Origin: the human T2T-CHM13v2.0 reference genome, Homo sapiens
Length of the DNA stretch: 64,000 nucleotides
Assembly: GCF_009914755.1 (NCBI RefSeq)
Contig: NC_060934.1
Reading direction: 5' to 3' (one strand)
The notes under the pieces are model-generated. The model was not told the origin of the DNA. It saw only the letters and a program-made list of their open reading frames with translations, and searched no databases. The position numbers were made by a program, and so were the translations under genes. Of the stretch, positions 32,637 to 49,174 are shown piece by piece (positions within the stretch are counted from its first letter, which is position 1; every line of letters begins with the position of its first letter).

Positions 32637-33961
32637 GCTTCGTTTAGAACCAGCTCTTGGTTTTCATAAGTTGAATGTAGATGTAGGAAGTAAAATGTAG
32701 ATGGTTAAAAAAAATCAGTTATTTGAACAGTCACTTTCTCGAAACATTGAATATATTCAGTTTTCCAACCCATTTCTTCCAACCGAAGTTTGTGATCAGG
32801 CCAAGCTGGGGCTATAAGTTGACCACTGTCACTCCCCTACAAAGACAGTTCCTGAAGAGAACCAAGGTAGAAAACTGCAGGAGCAGGCACCTGGCTGGCA
32901 CGTCCTGGGGTTCTTGCTGGGGTGGCCACAGTCGGTGCTGTCACTTCCCTGTAGAGGGCACAAGCCCAGGGTGTTTCCCCCATGATGGTCAAGGCAGCCT
33001 GGTCCTAGCAAGATGCACCTTGGTGTCCCCTGGTCAGTGAGGGCTACGTGGTTTTCCTGTGTTTGGGAACTTAATGAAAAAATGCCCATCCTTTTAGAAT
33101 ATCGGATATATGACTCAGTTGACCTGCTTAATAACCAAACAGCCTTCAGAGTGTATCTGTATATATGTGCGTATATCTTTGTACGTAACTGTTCAGGCTG
33201 GGAATCTTTATTTGTTTATTAGTCTGTCTGTTTTTTTAAAAAAATTCTGATTATTTGGGTTTTTTAAAGACGTGTAAAGCCACATCTTGCCACCTGCAAT
33301 TCTGCGGCAGAGTGGAGGGGGGTTAGGAAGTCTTGTTCTGAACCTTACACAGGTTGGGGTCCTTGTCTGGGTTTCAGTTTCTTCATCTCAGACGTGTAGA
33401 TCAGGATTCTAGAGTATCTTCCAACCCTAAAATGCCTTCCTAATTCTTTTTTTTAACCTCTGAGCGTGCCCTCCCCAATAGTTAGCATCCCTTTTCCATG
33501 CATAAATTGAGCTGAGAAATAAATGAGAAAACTGGAGGCTAAGAGGTTGGCTTCATTCTGATACAGCCCAAATGTAGGAGTGGCTTCAAGTCTTGTAGCT
33601 AAGAGGCCGGCTAATGGCACCCAGGGTTAGGCAGCCTTACCCACTAGGCTGGACTAGGGCAATCTTGCCCCCCAGCGCCCACCCCGCACACCCCCAGGAG
33701 GACAGTCAGAGGTCCGCTCCCTGAGCATAGCTCCCTTCCAAGAGAAGGCAAGCTGGAACCGAGCCAAATCAGCCCAGTTCTTCTTCCTAGTTCCCAGGAG
33801 CAGAATGAGTAAAGGCACAGCGAGTGGCCAGTGCTGTGCTTAGGAGAAGTCCTCTGCACGGAAGCCAGAAGGGAGGAAAAGGCTTTCTCCTGAACCACTC
33901 TGTGTGGTTCTGTAGAGTTGGGAGTTAAGAGTGTACACAGTTACATGCACAGTATATCTAA

Positions 33962-34738
<777 letters not shown>

Positions 34739-35319
34739 TAAGGCGAGGCAGGCCCTGAAGGAGAATAATCATAATAATATAATGAGGATGAACGTTTATT
34801 GAATGAATGAACATTTACTGGCTATTTACTATGCGCTAGGCACTGTGCAAGACACTTTATCTCAATGAACTCATTTAATCCCCACAGGTTTTGAGTACCA
34901 ACCTTTGAGCTTGGTACTATTGTTACTGCAGGTGAGGAAACTGAGGCACAGAGAACTTACGTTATTTGTCCAAGAACACACGGTCAGGAAATGGCAGACC
35001 CAGAATTATACCAAGGAGATCTGGCCCCAAATCCCATGGCACCTGTTGCCTTTACTAGAAGTTAGGGTGGGACATCATGGAAAGGCCTGTAGTCCTGTTC
35101 GTCCAGTAGGGAGTGGCCTGAGGTGTTTGCACCCAAAGAGCCTCCCAAGGGAGATTAGATCTTTGGTTCATTCTGTCCTCCCTCCTGCCAAAAGCATTTA
35201 CCAGTCCTGGAACTCTGAGGAGAAGTGGTGAAGGAGAAGCCGTCACCACCTGCTAAATTAAACTGGGTGCCCAGAGCTGTCCACAGTGTTTTACCTCCAC
35301 TCTAATAAAAATGCACGGT

Positions 35320-35621
35320 GGCTGGGCACAGTGGCTCATGCCTGTAATCCTAGCACTTTGGGAGGCCGAGGCAGGCAGATCACCTGAGGTCAGGAGTTCG
35401 AGACCAGCCTGGCCAATATGGTGAAACCCTGTCTCTACTAAAAATACAAAAATTAGCCAGGCAAGGTGGTGCACCCCTGTAGTCCCAGCTACTCAGGAGG
35501 CTGAGGCAGGAGAATCACTTTAACCCGGAAGGCGGAGGTTGCAGTGAGCCGAGATCATGTCTTTGCACTCCAGCCTGGATGACAAGAGCGAAACTCTATT
35601 TCAAAAAAAAAAAAAAAAAAA
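35320..35621 (+). mobile_element. AluS
   Basis: Full length, near-TSD AAAAATGCACGG/AAAAATGCATGG. Confidence 0.93.
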
Positions 35622-36222
35622 TGCATGGCAATGGCTGGCACCTTCATGGCATCTGAAAGGTCTGAGGGCTTGCAGCAGTACTTCAGTTCACACAGGGGCG
35701 TCACAAGGAGGGTTGTGGTTACCAGGTTTATATTCTAACTTGGCTTACACTTCCTTCTTGCCAGAGCCTTCTATATTTAAGTAGGGGTAGGATAAGTGAG
35801 GTTTGGCAATATGCATAAGGAGCCTAATTTTTAAAATCCTCCACACATACCTTCTAGTCATTCTGACCTGGGAGTTGGTGACAATACTAAGTGCAAATAA
35901 GGAAACCAAATCTCTACTCCATGAACACTGAAGAGTCACCTTTTGGATGCTACTTCAGCATTCATTCCAACATGTATAGATGGAGTGCCACTTTGCCAGG
36001 TGATGTGCTAGGTGCAGGCGAGCCAAAGGTGAATAGGACATAGTCCATGTTACAGCAGAGACTGAAGTCCAGTGGTGGAAACAGACCTATTAATATAAAA
36101 ATAATTTGTATACAATGGGACTCATGCCAGCATTTACAGCGGATGAGCTGCTCTGTGGGCAATTATTAACTCTGCACAGGAACGGGAAAATAGCTGCTCA
36201 GAGAGGGTGATATTTGAGCTGA

Positions 36223-36557
<335 letters not shown>

Positions 36558-37989
36558 AGATTCTTGATAGAAGCAGAAGCCAGGGCAAAAGTGAAAAAGA
36601 AAGACTGTTTTGAAGAACCTGGAGATAATCGGCATGGCTGCATCTTTAGGGCATATTAGGGATAATGTTTTTAAAGAGTAAAATCATGACTCTGATGCAC
36701 ATATATAATGAATACATGTCAAAGGTTTTATTCAACTCATTAATTAATGACGGCATCATGAGATGCAAAAACCAACTCAAAAGAGAATCCAAAGAGCAGG
36801 CAACATATACAGGCAATCAGGAATGCTAAAATGAATTTGCTAATAGGTGTAAAAGTGGCCCCTTCCACAGGGGGCAGGGAATCGGTTGCATCTCCAGCAG
36901 AGACAATTCATGTGCATCTCTAGGAACAAGAATCATTTGTATTAGGATCTGATTTCTGCAACTTATACAGTTGTAAAATACCTCAGTTCAAGATAATGAA
37001 AGGTGCAGACTTCTATAGAATCAGATGCCCTGAAAGGATGTGCTAGACAAATGCCCAGCGTTCCAGTGAAAGGACACCCAGTAGTCTTTTTTTGCCCATT
37101 ACAAAGTCTGCCACGATTTTTCCTAACTGGCATAGCAGGAGGAAGAACAGGAGATGAGATTAGGGAAGAGGGTGAGACTCATGGAAGACACTGTGTGCCT
37201 CACCAAGGACTTGAACTGGATCCCAAGGACCTGGTGAACCAGTGGATATTTTAAAAAGTGTATGTGCTTGGAGGTGTCCAAGTTGCTGGTGATGGATGAT
37301 GGGCAGAGAGCAAGAGTTGGCAGGGGCTCAAGGAAAGCCTGGGCTTCATGTGGATACCACCAGCCTGCCAACCCTCTCTCCCCCAAGGCTGAGAGGTGGA
37401 GCTGCTTCCTGCACTTCTACTCACACTCCTGAGACTCTGCCCTGGGAACCTCATTTCTTCTACTGTTTTACCACCCTGCTCTCATCGGTTTGTATAACAT
37501 TGCTCATTTAAGGTGACACTATGTGTCAGCCAAAGAGCCCCTGATGGAAAAAGAATCTCAGAAAGCCCCAAGAATTTCCCCACAGTTCTGTCCCTCAAGT
37601 TGGTTCTGCCTCTTACAACCCTGGAGTGGGGTCAGTAGGGACTTACTGGGGCCCCTCACAGGTTGTGTCTTTAGGTTTGGAGCCAGGCAGTCCAACAGTG
37701 TGTGTTGGAATGACTGCAGAACAGAGAGTATTTTGCACTGTCCTCAAACTCTGTATGATGAACTCAAGAAAAGCCCAGACCCCACAGGGCTGCCCCTGGA
37801 GTCAGATAACAGGTGGCAACTGAACTTGGGAATGAAGGCAGCAGGGCTTGCTGTTCTTCCAGTGCACCAGGCACCTCCTGCCCTCAGCGCCTTTACAGGT
37901 GTTGCTGCTGCCGAGGAGCCACAAGTCTTCCTGGCTTGCTCCTCACCTCCTTCGTCTTTACTCATGGCCACATTCTCTACTGTCCCTGG

Positions 37990-38317
37990 CCACTGCACAT
38001 GATTTCAACACCCCAACCTGCTCTTCTCCCTCCCACCACTGCAAACCATCTCAACACCCCACCCAACCCCCTCACCTCCCCCGACACTACTGCAGACCAT
38101 CTCAACACCCCAACCCATTCCTCTCCCTCCCCACCACTGCATACCATCTCAACACCCCAACCCACTCTTCTCCCTCCCCGCCACTGCAGACCATCTCAAC
38201 ACCCCAACCTGCTCCCCTCCCTCTCGTCACTGCAGACCATCTCAATACCCCAACCCATTCCTCTCCCTCGCACCGCTGCAGACCACCTCAACACCTCAAC
38301 CCCCTCCTCTCCCTCCC
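37990..38317. repeat. C-rich minisatellite, ~46-bp unit x7, intron 9
   Basis: Unit approximately CCACTGCAGACCATCTCAACACCCCAACCCATTCCTCTCCCTCCCA. Confidence 0.92.
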
Positions 38318-39739
38318 TGCTTTCCTGTTTTTGGTGGCATTTACCACCTTCAAACCTATCACTTAATGTCTTTATTTTACTTAGTGTCTATTGTCACCCC
38401 CAGCTCCAGGTGTAAACTTCACAAGGCAGGAAGTTTTGTCTGTTGTGTTCACTGCTGTGTTCCCAGTCCCTAGAGGAGGGCTTGGCACAGAGCAGGTGTC
38501 CAGTGAGTACCTGTTGAAGGTATGAAGGTTGGAACCCAGACTCTGGAAGCAAAGGCCTGGCTTCTGAGAACCAGGTCAGACCCTGCTTTCTTCTGCCTCA
38601 CTTTTCTTGTTTGTAAAATGGATGTGATCACAAGGCTGTTGTAGTACTGTAAAGAGGTCATGCTCATTAAAATATCCTGAGCTCTCTGGAGAAAGTTTCC
38701 GTGGTTGAGAAGCCAGTGTGCGTGCTGCTCCGTGGTGATGGGTGGCCACGTCCATACCTGAGACCCAATCCTGGCCACAGGACCATAAAGAGGAGGAAAG
38801 AAATGAAGTCACAGATAAGGAAAACATGGGGAAGAAACACTGCTACATCCTACTGGGAGGGAGGGTTCGAGAGTGGCAGGCCCAGGTGACTAGGGAAGGG
38901 AAGCCAGGCTAATGACAAGTGGAGCCAGGCCAGCATGATGGGACCATGGCTGACTGAGAAAGTGGTGCCATCTGTGGGGCCGGAGCTACTGCTCAGCTCC
39001 ATTCTACAGCTGCCATGCAGGAACGCATGCCACGCTGTCAAATCTCCCTTTTCTTAGAGCAAGACAAGTGTCTAGTATAAACCAAAACATACCTGTGGGC
39101 CAGATGCCATCTAGAAGCCCCAGAGTGTAACCCCTGGTATAACCAATCCATAAGAGGTGAAGATTTTTAAAACCCTTATGTTTCAGAGCCTAGACAAGAC
39201 CCAACCATGCGGGAAGACAGGTGAGAACTTGTTATTCGCCCCACCCGCTTCTACCAATTTCATTCTTTTATTGACCAATATTTGTGGAGCACCCGGCATT
39301 GGGACTATAGTTAGTGACACTGAAATGACCCCTGGGCTCGTGGAGCTCATAGTCTAGTGAGAGAAATGCTAATCCAGTGATTTCTTAAATGAACAGAAGA
39401 GCTTGAGTATTAAGTGCTAAGAAGGAGATGAAGGTACGCAATGCTGTGAGTGCCTGTGATAAATCTGAGCCTTCTCAGGGTTAGGCTGTGCCTATTGAGA
39501 TTTGGAGGCACGGTGAGTATTGACTGGGTGAAAAGGAAGTGAAAAGACAGAGGAAGCAGCATGCACAAGGGCCTCCAGCAGCTCCAGGGCTCCAGCGTTG
39601 CCGTAGCAGAGAGCTGGCATTAGAGTAACAGGAGGTGAGGCTGACTTGTCAACAGGGCCTACACTATGCAGGGCCTTGTAGGCAGGTTGAAGATTTTTGC
39701 CTTTATCTTAACTACCAGGGGAAGCGAATGAAGTATTTA

Positions 39740-40424
<685 letters not shown>

Positions 40425-40984
40425 TCAGCCCGGCTAGCAAGACTGTCCCTGCCTCTCCCAACTCGAACTGAAGGGGGTCCCTTTACTGTGTTGATCTGGG
40501 AGTGTGGCTGCAGGAACTGCTTGGGAAGGGTAAGGATTATTCATTTTGACAAGAGAGGGCCATGGATAGGTGATTCAGGGAGATAAAAATAAAGTCACCT
40601 GTTGGTAGAAGCTATAATAGCTAAAAAGGTATTTGTAGTTGCTTTATACTCAGGCTAGTGCAGTAGACTTCAGCAAAGCTTTCAGTGGAATCTTCCACAG
40701 CAAACACTGGAAACAAAGGACTTTAGGATTTGAACCATGTATCCCTGTCCAGTAATAACTGGTGAAACCAGTCAGCCCTGAGCTTCTGCTCCAGCTGGCT
40801 CCTAGTCAGCTCAAGGGGGTGTGTCTGATTGTAAGAAATCAGAACTAGAGTGGTTTACTTAGAACCAACCTCAGCCAAGAATGTCCTAGAACTGCAGCTT
40901 GGCCCTCAGAAAGCCCAGGAGTAGTCATTGATTTGGTGGCCAAAGTTTAAGTCATGGGAGAATATCCCCCAGAAACTTCTAATG

Positions 40985-41195
40985 TGGGGGTTGGCAAAGT
41001 TTTCTAGGACTAGATAGTAAATATTTTAGCCTATGTGGGCCAAGGGGCAAAATTGAGGATTTTATGTAGGCACTTCTATAATCACTTAAAATGTAATTAT
41101 GTAAACGTGTAAAATTCATTCTTAGCTCACAAGCTATACAAAAACAGGCTGTAGGTCAGATTCGGCCTGCAGACTATAGTTTGTTGACCCTTGTC
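40985..41195. mobile_element. MER58-like hAT-Charlie DNA transposon
   Basis: Inverted termini ggggttggcaaa ... tttgttgacccttg. Confidence 0.6.
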
Positions 41196-41805
41196 TTAAA
41201 GGTTGGGTAGAGGCCCTAATTCTCAAACCAAACACCTGCTTTCAATTGTTCAGTTTCACAGACATGCGCACTACTGTGAGGGTCCTGATTTGGGGGAAGG
41301 GAATGCAAGGAAGGAGGAAAGGGAGTGTTAGTTTGGGCTATCACTCAAGGACAGAGGGCAACAGAAAGGTGTGAGGGCACTCTGACTGTGCCCTTTCTAC
41401 CTATAAGTGTCCTGAATGATTTTTTTCATAGCCAAGATGACTCTGTTGGGGAAATGTCACCGTGATGGTTAACCCTGGGGTCTTGGCCGGCCCAAGTCAG
41501 TTCAAGTTTTGTTGCTTCTACTCTGCAAAAAATACCCAGTTTGCCAGGTATTTCTGCCCCCTAAAGACATCGGGCCAGGCTTCAAGACATTTCTCTGCCT
41601 CCATTTGTCTGTGTGACTGTGAGCAAATTACTTAACCTCTCTGAACCTCAGTTTTCTAATCTATAAAATGAAGATGCTGATAGCAGCTGCCTCCAAGGGA
41701 TTCTGGGAGGATAAAGGAAATGCTGTATGTGAAACCTATCTGAGAGCTGGGACCTGCATTCAATATCATTCTTTTTTTCTTCTCCCTGTCACTGCTCACT
41801 GTTGA

Positions 41806-41973
<168 letters not shown>

Positions 41974-43014
41974 TGAGGGACTGAGTCACAGGAGTCCCCC
42001 TTTTGCCTGGTGATGTCCTGCTGGATGGAATATGGCTGAGACCCCACCATTAGTTCCATGAATGAACCAGTCCTCCTAGCGCTACTTTGGAGGAGTGGCT
42101 GTGCCTGGAATCTTCGGACAGTTTTTATTGAAGCGATCTTTACCCACATGTCTGGGCTCTGCTCACTCTCCAGCAATTTGGCTGTGTTCCTACGAGAAAA
42201 CATGTGCCCAAAAAAAGACTCAGGCTTCAGAGCCAGGCTCCCAAAATAGACAAGTCCCTTGGCGGGGATGGGGCGAGAAGCTGCTTTGGGCACTCAAGCT
42301 GGGGCCCTGACTTCAGCAGGCCCAGACCCTAGGATTAACAAGCCATCTACTGTGCTTGTATAGATTGTTTTACTTAATTAAAATGAAAAAATCCAGTTAC
42401 AGTTCTCCTGGGCTGGAGCTGCCACAACAAAAAGAAATATCCTTGGAACAGGGCCATCTTCGTGCCTTTCCGGTCAGGAGAGGCAGGAGAAATGAGTATC
42501 GCTGGCAGGGAAGCTGATCTCCTAAATCTGTCTGTGGAGTTGGGAGTCCATGGGCTGCTGCAGATGCCAAGGGGAAAGTTCTAGAAGGGGCCTAGTAGAA
42601 GCTTTGGCTGTGGGAGTGTATGTACCCCTGCTGGGAGAGGGTGCTTGGGGGGAATTTTGTGAGGGGCTTTGCTGCAGTTACATTTAGTGATGACCCAGAT
42701 GCAAGAAAGATGCTCCAGTAAGTATTTAGAGTTTATAACTTCATTATTCATGCATTCAAAAACTGTATATTGAGCACCCATTATCTACTGGGGCTTGAAA
42801 TTCTTTGCGTCACTTTAAATATGGTGGATTAAGCATTAAGGGCCTATTCCAAACTTTGAGCATCACCCTAAAGATGAGTTGGTGCTGTGGGACTTGAGTG
42901 GTTCACAGTAATTGTACCAGGTAGAGGTAAGAATGCTCAGATTCTTCCTGATTTGAGTGGTCCTTATGGCCAAGTCTTGTGCCTTCCAGTTGAATGCTCT
43001 CAACCACCCTCTGA

Positions 43015-43734
<720 letters not shown>

Positions 43735-45115
43735 TGATTGGACTCCTGCTCACCTGATAAAGTATGAGCATGTGCAGGCTGGAATGAACATAAGTAAGGT
43801 TTCAACTAGCATTAAAGTGGGTGCAGAAAGTGATTTAGCAACAAAGGCAAGCCTCTAAAAGCCTGGCTAAACTGTTAGTGATTTTAGGCAAGTGGTGTAA
43901 AGGAAGTTAGATAGGAGGCTGCATGTTTTCTGAGAAGCAAACTCAGGGCAGACTTCTCTGCATTTACAGGAGCCCAGATGGACTTGGATAACTAAAATTA
44001 GACTGGGTTATCAGCAAAAGGAGATCAGGAGGAGCCTCGTGCCTGCACAGCAGAGGGCCACCCAGGCTGTTATTTCTGTGATGGGGGCAAGAGTAGGGGA
44101 TACAAGAAAGGAGTGGAAGGGGAAGGAACAGAGGATCCTTAAAGGGTACAGCTGTTCCCCTTCTTACTACCTCAGACCCATTTTTTGCTAGGGTCTGACA
44201 GTGATACAAGACTTGTTTCAGGATATTCTCTCACTCCATTGGAGGTGACGTTTTGTGCCTATGCCCGGCACTGTGACATCATGAAAGAGAGAGTTTAAAA
44301 TAGGCTAAGCCCCGTCTTCTCTGCCAAGTGGAACTTAAGATCCATCAGGGGGTTTGGGGGGAGGGAGAGAGAGTAGCCTTTAAGATTCTCACTGTGAAAA
44401 TAATTAGGGATTTGCTTTACAGAAAGCCTGTAGCACACCAGAGGTTGAAGTGAGAGTCAGGGGCAGAAAATACAGAGGAAAGGCTTAAAAATGAACATTT
44501 CAACCCAGGGCCCTGTGGGTGGCATGAGCTGTTAGGTAACTGGGAGGCTTGGGATTTTTTCCATGTCAAGCTGACCTGAGCTGTTTTTTACCTGCACGGA
44601 TCTGAGTTTCCATGGAAACCCCGCCGTGAAATGCCTTCTTGTTGCTAGAGAAACCGTGAGGCCCAGGCTCTGTCTAGAGAAGGCAAGAATAAAGGAGGAG
44701 TGAAATCTTCACCTCACTCCAATCAAGCCCCTTTTATTTTGCGGTATAGGTCTCAACATGTGCCAGTGTTAGAGGCTCATTAACTGACCCAGTGTTTGGG
44801 GTTCATATTTAATAACAGCTTGACAAGCTTGGGGAGAGAATGGCATTGCCTGTTTTGCTAGCCTCGGTGGACGTCAGCACAATTTTTGCCCGTCAGTAAT
44901 TCCTCTGCCTGCAGAGATGGAATGATACTGAGATGGGAGGCATGGGGGGTGGGGGGTGGATCTTCTCAACTGAAGGCATCAGCAGCCCATCCCCCTGGGC
45001 CAAATGCAAACATTTGCCAAGTTTTATTGTGTGTGGCATTCTTTTGGCAGTGGAAAAAGCTCCTAATGACAGTGCTTTGGTTCTAATTAGCAACCATTGC
45101 CCCAGCCTTATGTGA

Positions 45116-45415
<300 letters not shown>

Positions 45416-45479
45416 TAACAGTTCCATAGCAACCTCAAGAGCTTGAGAGAGCTTTTTGGCATTTTGTTGTTGACATCGT

Positions 45480-45787
45480 TTTTTGTTCTTTTGAGACAAG
45501 GTCTCACTCTGTCACCCAGGCTGCAGTGCAGTGGCATGATCTCAGCTCACTGCAGCCTCAAATTCCTGGGCTCAAGTGATCCTCCCACCTCAGCCTCCTG
45601 AGAAGCTTGGACAACAGGTACACACCACCAGGCCCGGCTAATTTTTTAATTTTTTTTTTTTTTGCAGAGATGGGGTCTCCATATGTGGCCCAGGCTGGTC
45701 TTCACCTCCTGGGCTTAAGTGATCCTCCTGCCTCAGCTTCCCAAAGTGCTGGGATTACAGGTGTGAGCCACTTCACCTGGCCGGCCT
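45480..45787 (-). mobile_element. AluJ-like, ~110 nt downstream of exon 12
   Basis: Antisense Alu consensus. Confidence 0.9.
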
Positions 45788-48331
45788 ATCGTTATTTTAA
45801 GTGTATGATGCAATAACCTAGATTTGCAAGGGGCGGCTGTAAACTTTCTTGCAATTTCAGTCTCCCGTAATAGACCAGATACTCCGTGAAAACAGCCTTG
45901 AATAACAGTGCCCTGGGACCCAGAACTAAGAAGTCCTGTTTTTCCTGTCAGGGAATGCTTTATTCTTGATGACATGGAGTCTTTAAGCCTAGCCTTTATT
46001 CAGGCAGGAAAGCAGATGCCCAGCAGCCTCCATAAAGTCAACAAAAATGAACTTCGTCTGCTATTGTTCATTGCTCCAGTCCTTCTCAGAACAATGCTAC
46101 ATATTTTTTTCTCTTTAAAGGACCAACTTTTCTGAGGCAATGATGCTGAATAGAATGTGTTTGGGGCAGACTACCCCTAGTTCATAGAAAGGGTATTGAA
46201 CAGGGAGACCTGGGTTTCTGTTCTTCCTACTTATGGGTGACTGTGTGCCCTCAGGTAAGTCATACCCCTTCTTGAGCCTTAGTTTCCTCACTGTAATTTA
46301 GACAGTGATTTTTTCAATGGTGGAAGTGTTGGGAATGAAGTGGGGAGGGAGTTTACTGATGGAATCACCTAGGAATGAATCCCTTTTCAAAGAGAAGAGT
46401 TAAGCAGAGTCTCAGGGTAGGGAGTGAAGGCACTTTAAGAAAGTTCCCCGGGAGATTCTGACACAACCACTAACCCAGCAACTCCAGCCTACATCATCTT
46501 TGAGTCCCCTCGCATTAGCTCTGAAAGGTCGGAATTAGATAAAGTAGTAGTAGCAGCTGCTCAGAAGGAGAGCTCAGGAAAGTGTCACCTGGGAAAGTGT
46601 CACAAGGAAGCATAAAAAGCACGGGTCATCTGATGCCTGATGACCACGTGTCTGATCATGCAGGGAGGGGCTGGTCAGTGTGGAGGCTCGTCCTTTCCAT
46701 CCAACTTGCTCTTTTTTTCCCTTCTCCTTTAAAAAAATCTCTTACTATTTCTTTCCTCCAGGTGTACCATTTTTATAGTCAGATCTGGAGAGCAAACTTC
46801 CTTTTTTTTTTTAAGGGATAAATTTGCTGCACAGCATCTCCCAAGACAAAAACATAAGAAAGAAGGAAAAAGAAATACTAACCTTAGAATAAACTGAGAT
46901 GACCCTGGGTATTTTAGCTCTAGAAAACAGTTGCAAAGGCCACCCTGCAGGAGAAGAGAGGGCTCCTTCATGCATTCAGTCAGTCAGCAAATACTTACTG
47001 GATAACATGGTACTGTGCTAGACACTCTGGGGTAACCAAGAAATATAACGCAAGTCTCTTGTCATCCAAGAACTTGGAACCTAATTGATACTAGCAAAAA
47101 TTAAGAATAAATTCTGCTACCTTGTAATTTGTGTTTTACTACTGTTTTTCATTATAGAAAGTGTGAAAGATTATTGTAACAAATTCAAAAAATAAGAACC
47201 ATATCAAGTCAATATTAAAGGTCTGATTGATCTCTTCCCTCCAGTCTCTCCCCAGTCTCCAGAGGTAGCCTACCACTGTCATGCCCAGTTTTTCTCTCAC
47301 AAAAATGGGATCACACTACACACATAATGTTCTGCAAGTTCACTTAGTAGCAGGTCTTAGACATTTCTTCATGTCAGTACATAGAGAACACATTCTTTTT
47401 AACCACTGCAAATATTCCATCGTAAAAGCTATGCTATAAATGACTGATCTTTCCTCTGCTGGTGAACAGTTAGGCTGTCTGCTCTTTTTCCCATTTTAAT
47501 AGCTAAGCTTTTATTGTTAACATTCCCCATGCAGGCACCATCCCTAGGGATCTGTATGTATTATCACATTTAACCCTCTCAAAACACCTATGAGGTAGGT
47601 GCTGTTTTTATCCTTATTTAACAGATAAAAAATCTGAAATGCAGAGTCACACAGCTAATAACTGGCAAAAACCAGAGTCAGGTTCAAATCCCAGTCATCT
47701 GACTCTAGAGCCATGTTCTTAGCTTCTGTTCTCTGCTGCCTTTCAGATGTGCTTGTTCAGTGGTATGTGTATGCCAGTGTTCCTGTGGGAGAGCATCCTA
47801 GCCAGGGGGTTGTAGGGTGGTATGTATTTGCATTTTAAATTTTCATAATTGCTACTAAATTGCACTCCAAAAAGATGGTATCAGTTTTCCCTGCGACCTT
47901 GAGTGAGAGTTCCCAATATCCACCTCCCATTGGATTTTATCAGTTTTTAATCTTTCCTAACCAGTTAGGAAGAAAATAGTATCTCACCTTTTTAAAATTG
48001 GCTCTATTGAGTTATAATGGATATAAAGTAAGTGCATATCAAGTGCATAGTTTGATCAGTTTTGACCTATAAATATACCTGTGAGACCATCACCGCAATC
48101 AAGACTGGGAACAATGTTCATCATATCCCAAATTTCCTGTCTCCTATGTAACCCCTCCCTCCCCACAGTGCAACCCCCAGGTAAAGGATCTCCTTTCTGT
48201 CACTAAATATTAGTTTGCATTTTCTAGAGTTTTATATAAAGGGAATCATATTGTATGTGCTAGTTTGGCTTCTTTTGCTCAACATCATTGAGATTCATCT
48301 GTACTGTTGGGTGGATCAGTAGTCTGTTTCA

Positions 48332-48648
<317 letters not shown>

Positions 48649-48915
48649 GTCTGTTTCTTTTTATTGTTGAGGAGTATTGCGTTGCATATATGGATACATC
48701 ACATTCTGTTTATTTATTCATCTGTTGACAAATATTTGGGTTGTTTTCAGTTCGGGGCCTTTACAGATTGTATTTGTTAATAGTCTTCAGTTAGCTTTGA
48801 GATTCATTATCTCATTGGTCCCCGAAGGAAGAGTATGGTATGAGGTTCTGCATTTGACAGGTGAGGAAACTGAAGTCCAGAGACTTACCCAGGATGACAT
48901 AGCAAATGCAGGTTA

Positions 48916-49174
<259 letters not shown>

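Noticed and set aside
37990-38317. Possible CRISPR-like array
   Set aside because: Units are contiguous tandem copies without unique spacers, in human DNA with no cas genes.
37813-38415. 200-aa and 172-aa Pro/His-rich ORFs
   Set aside because: They result from the stop-poor minisatellite.
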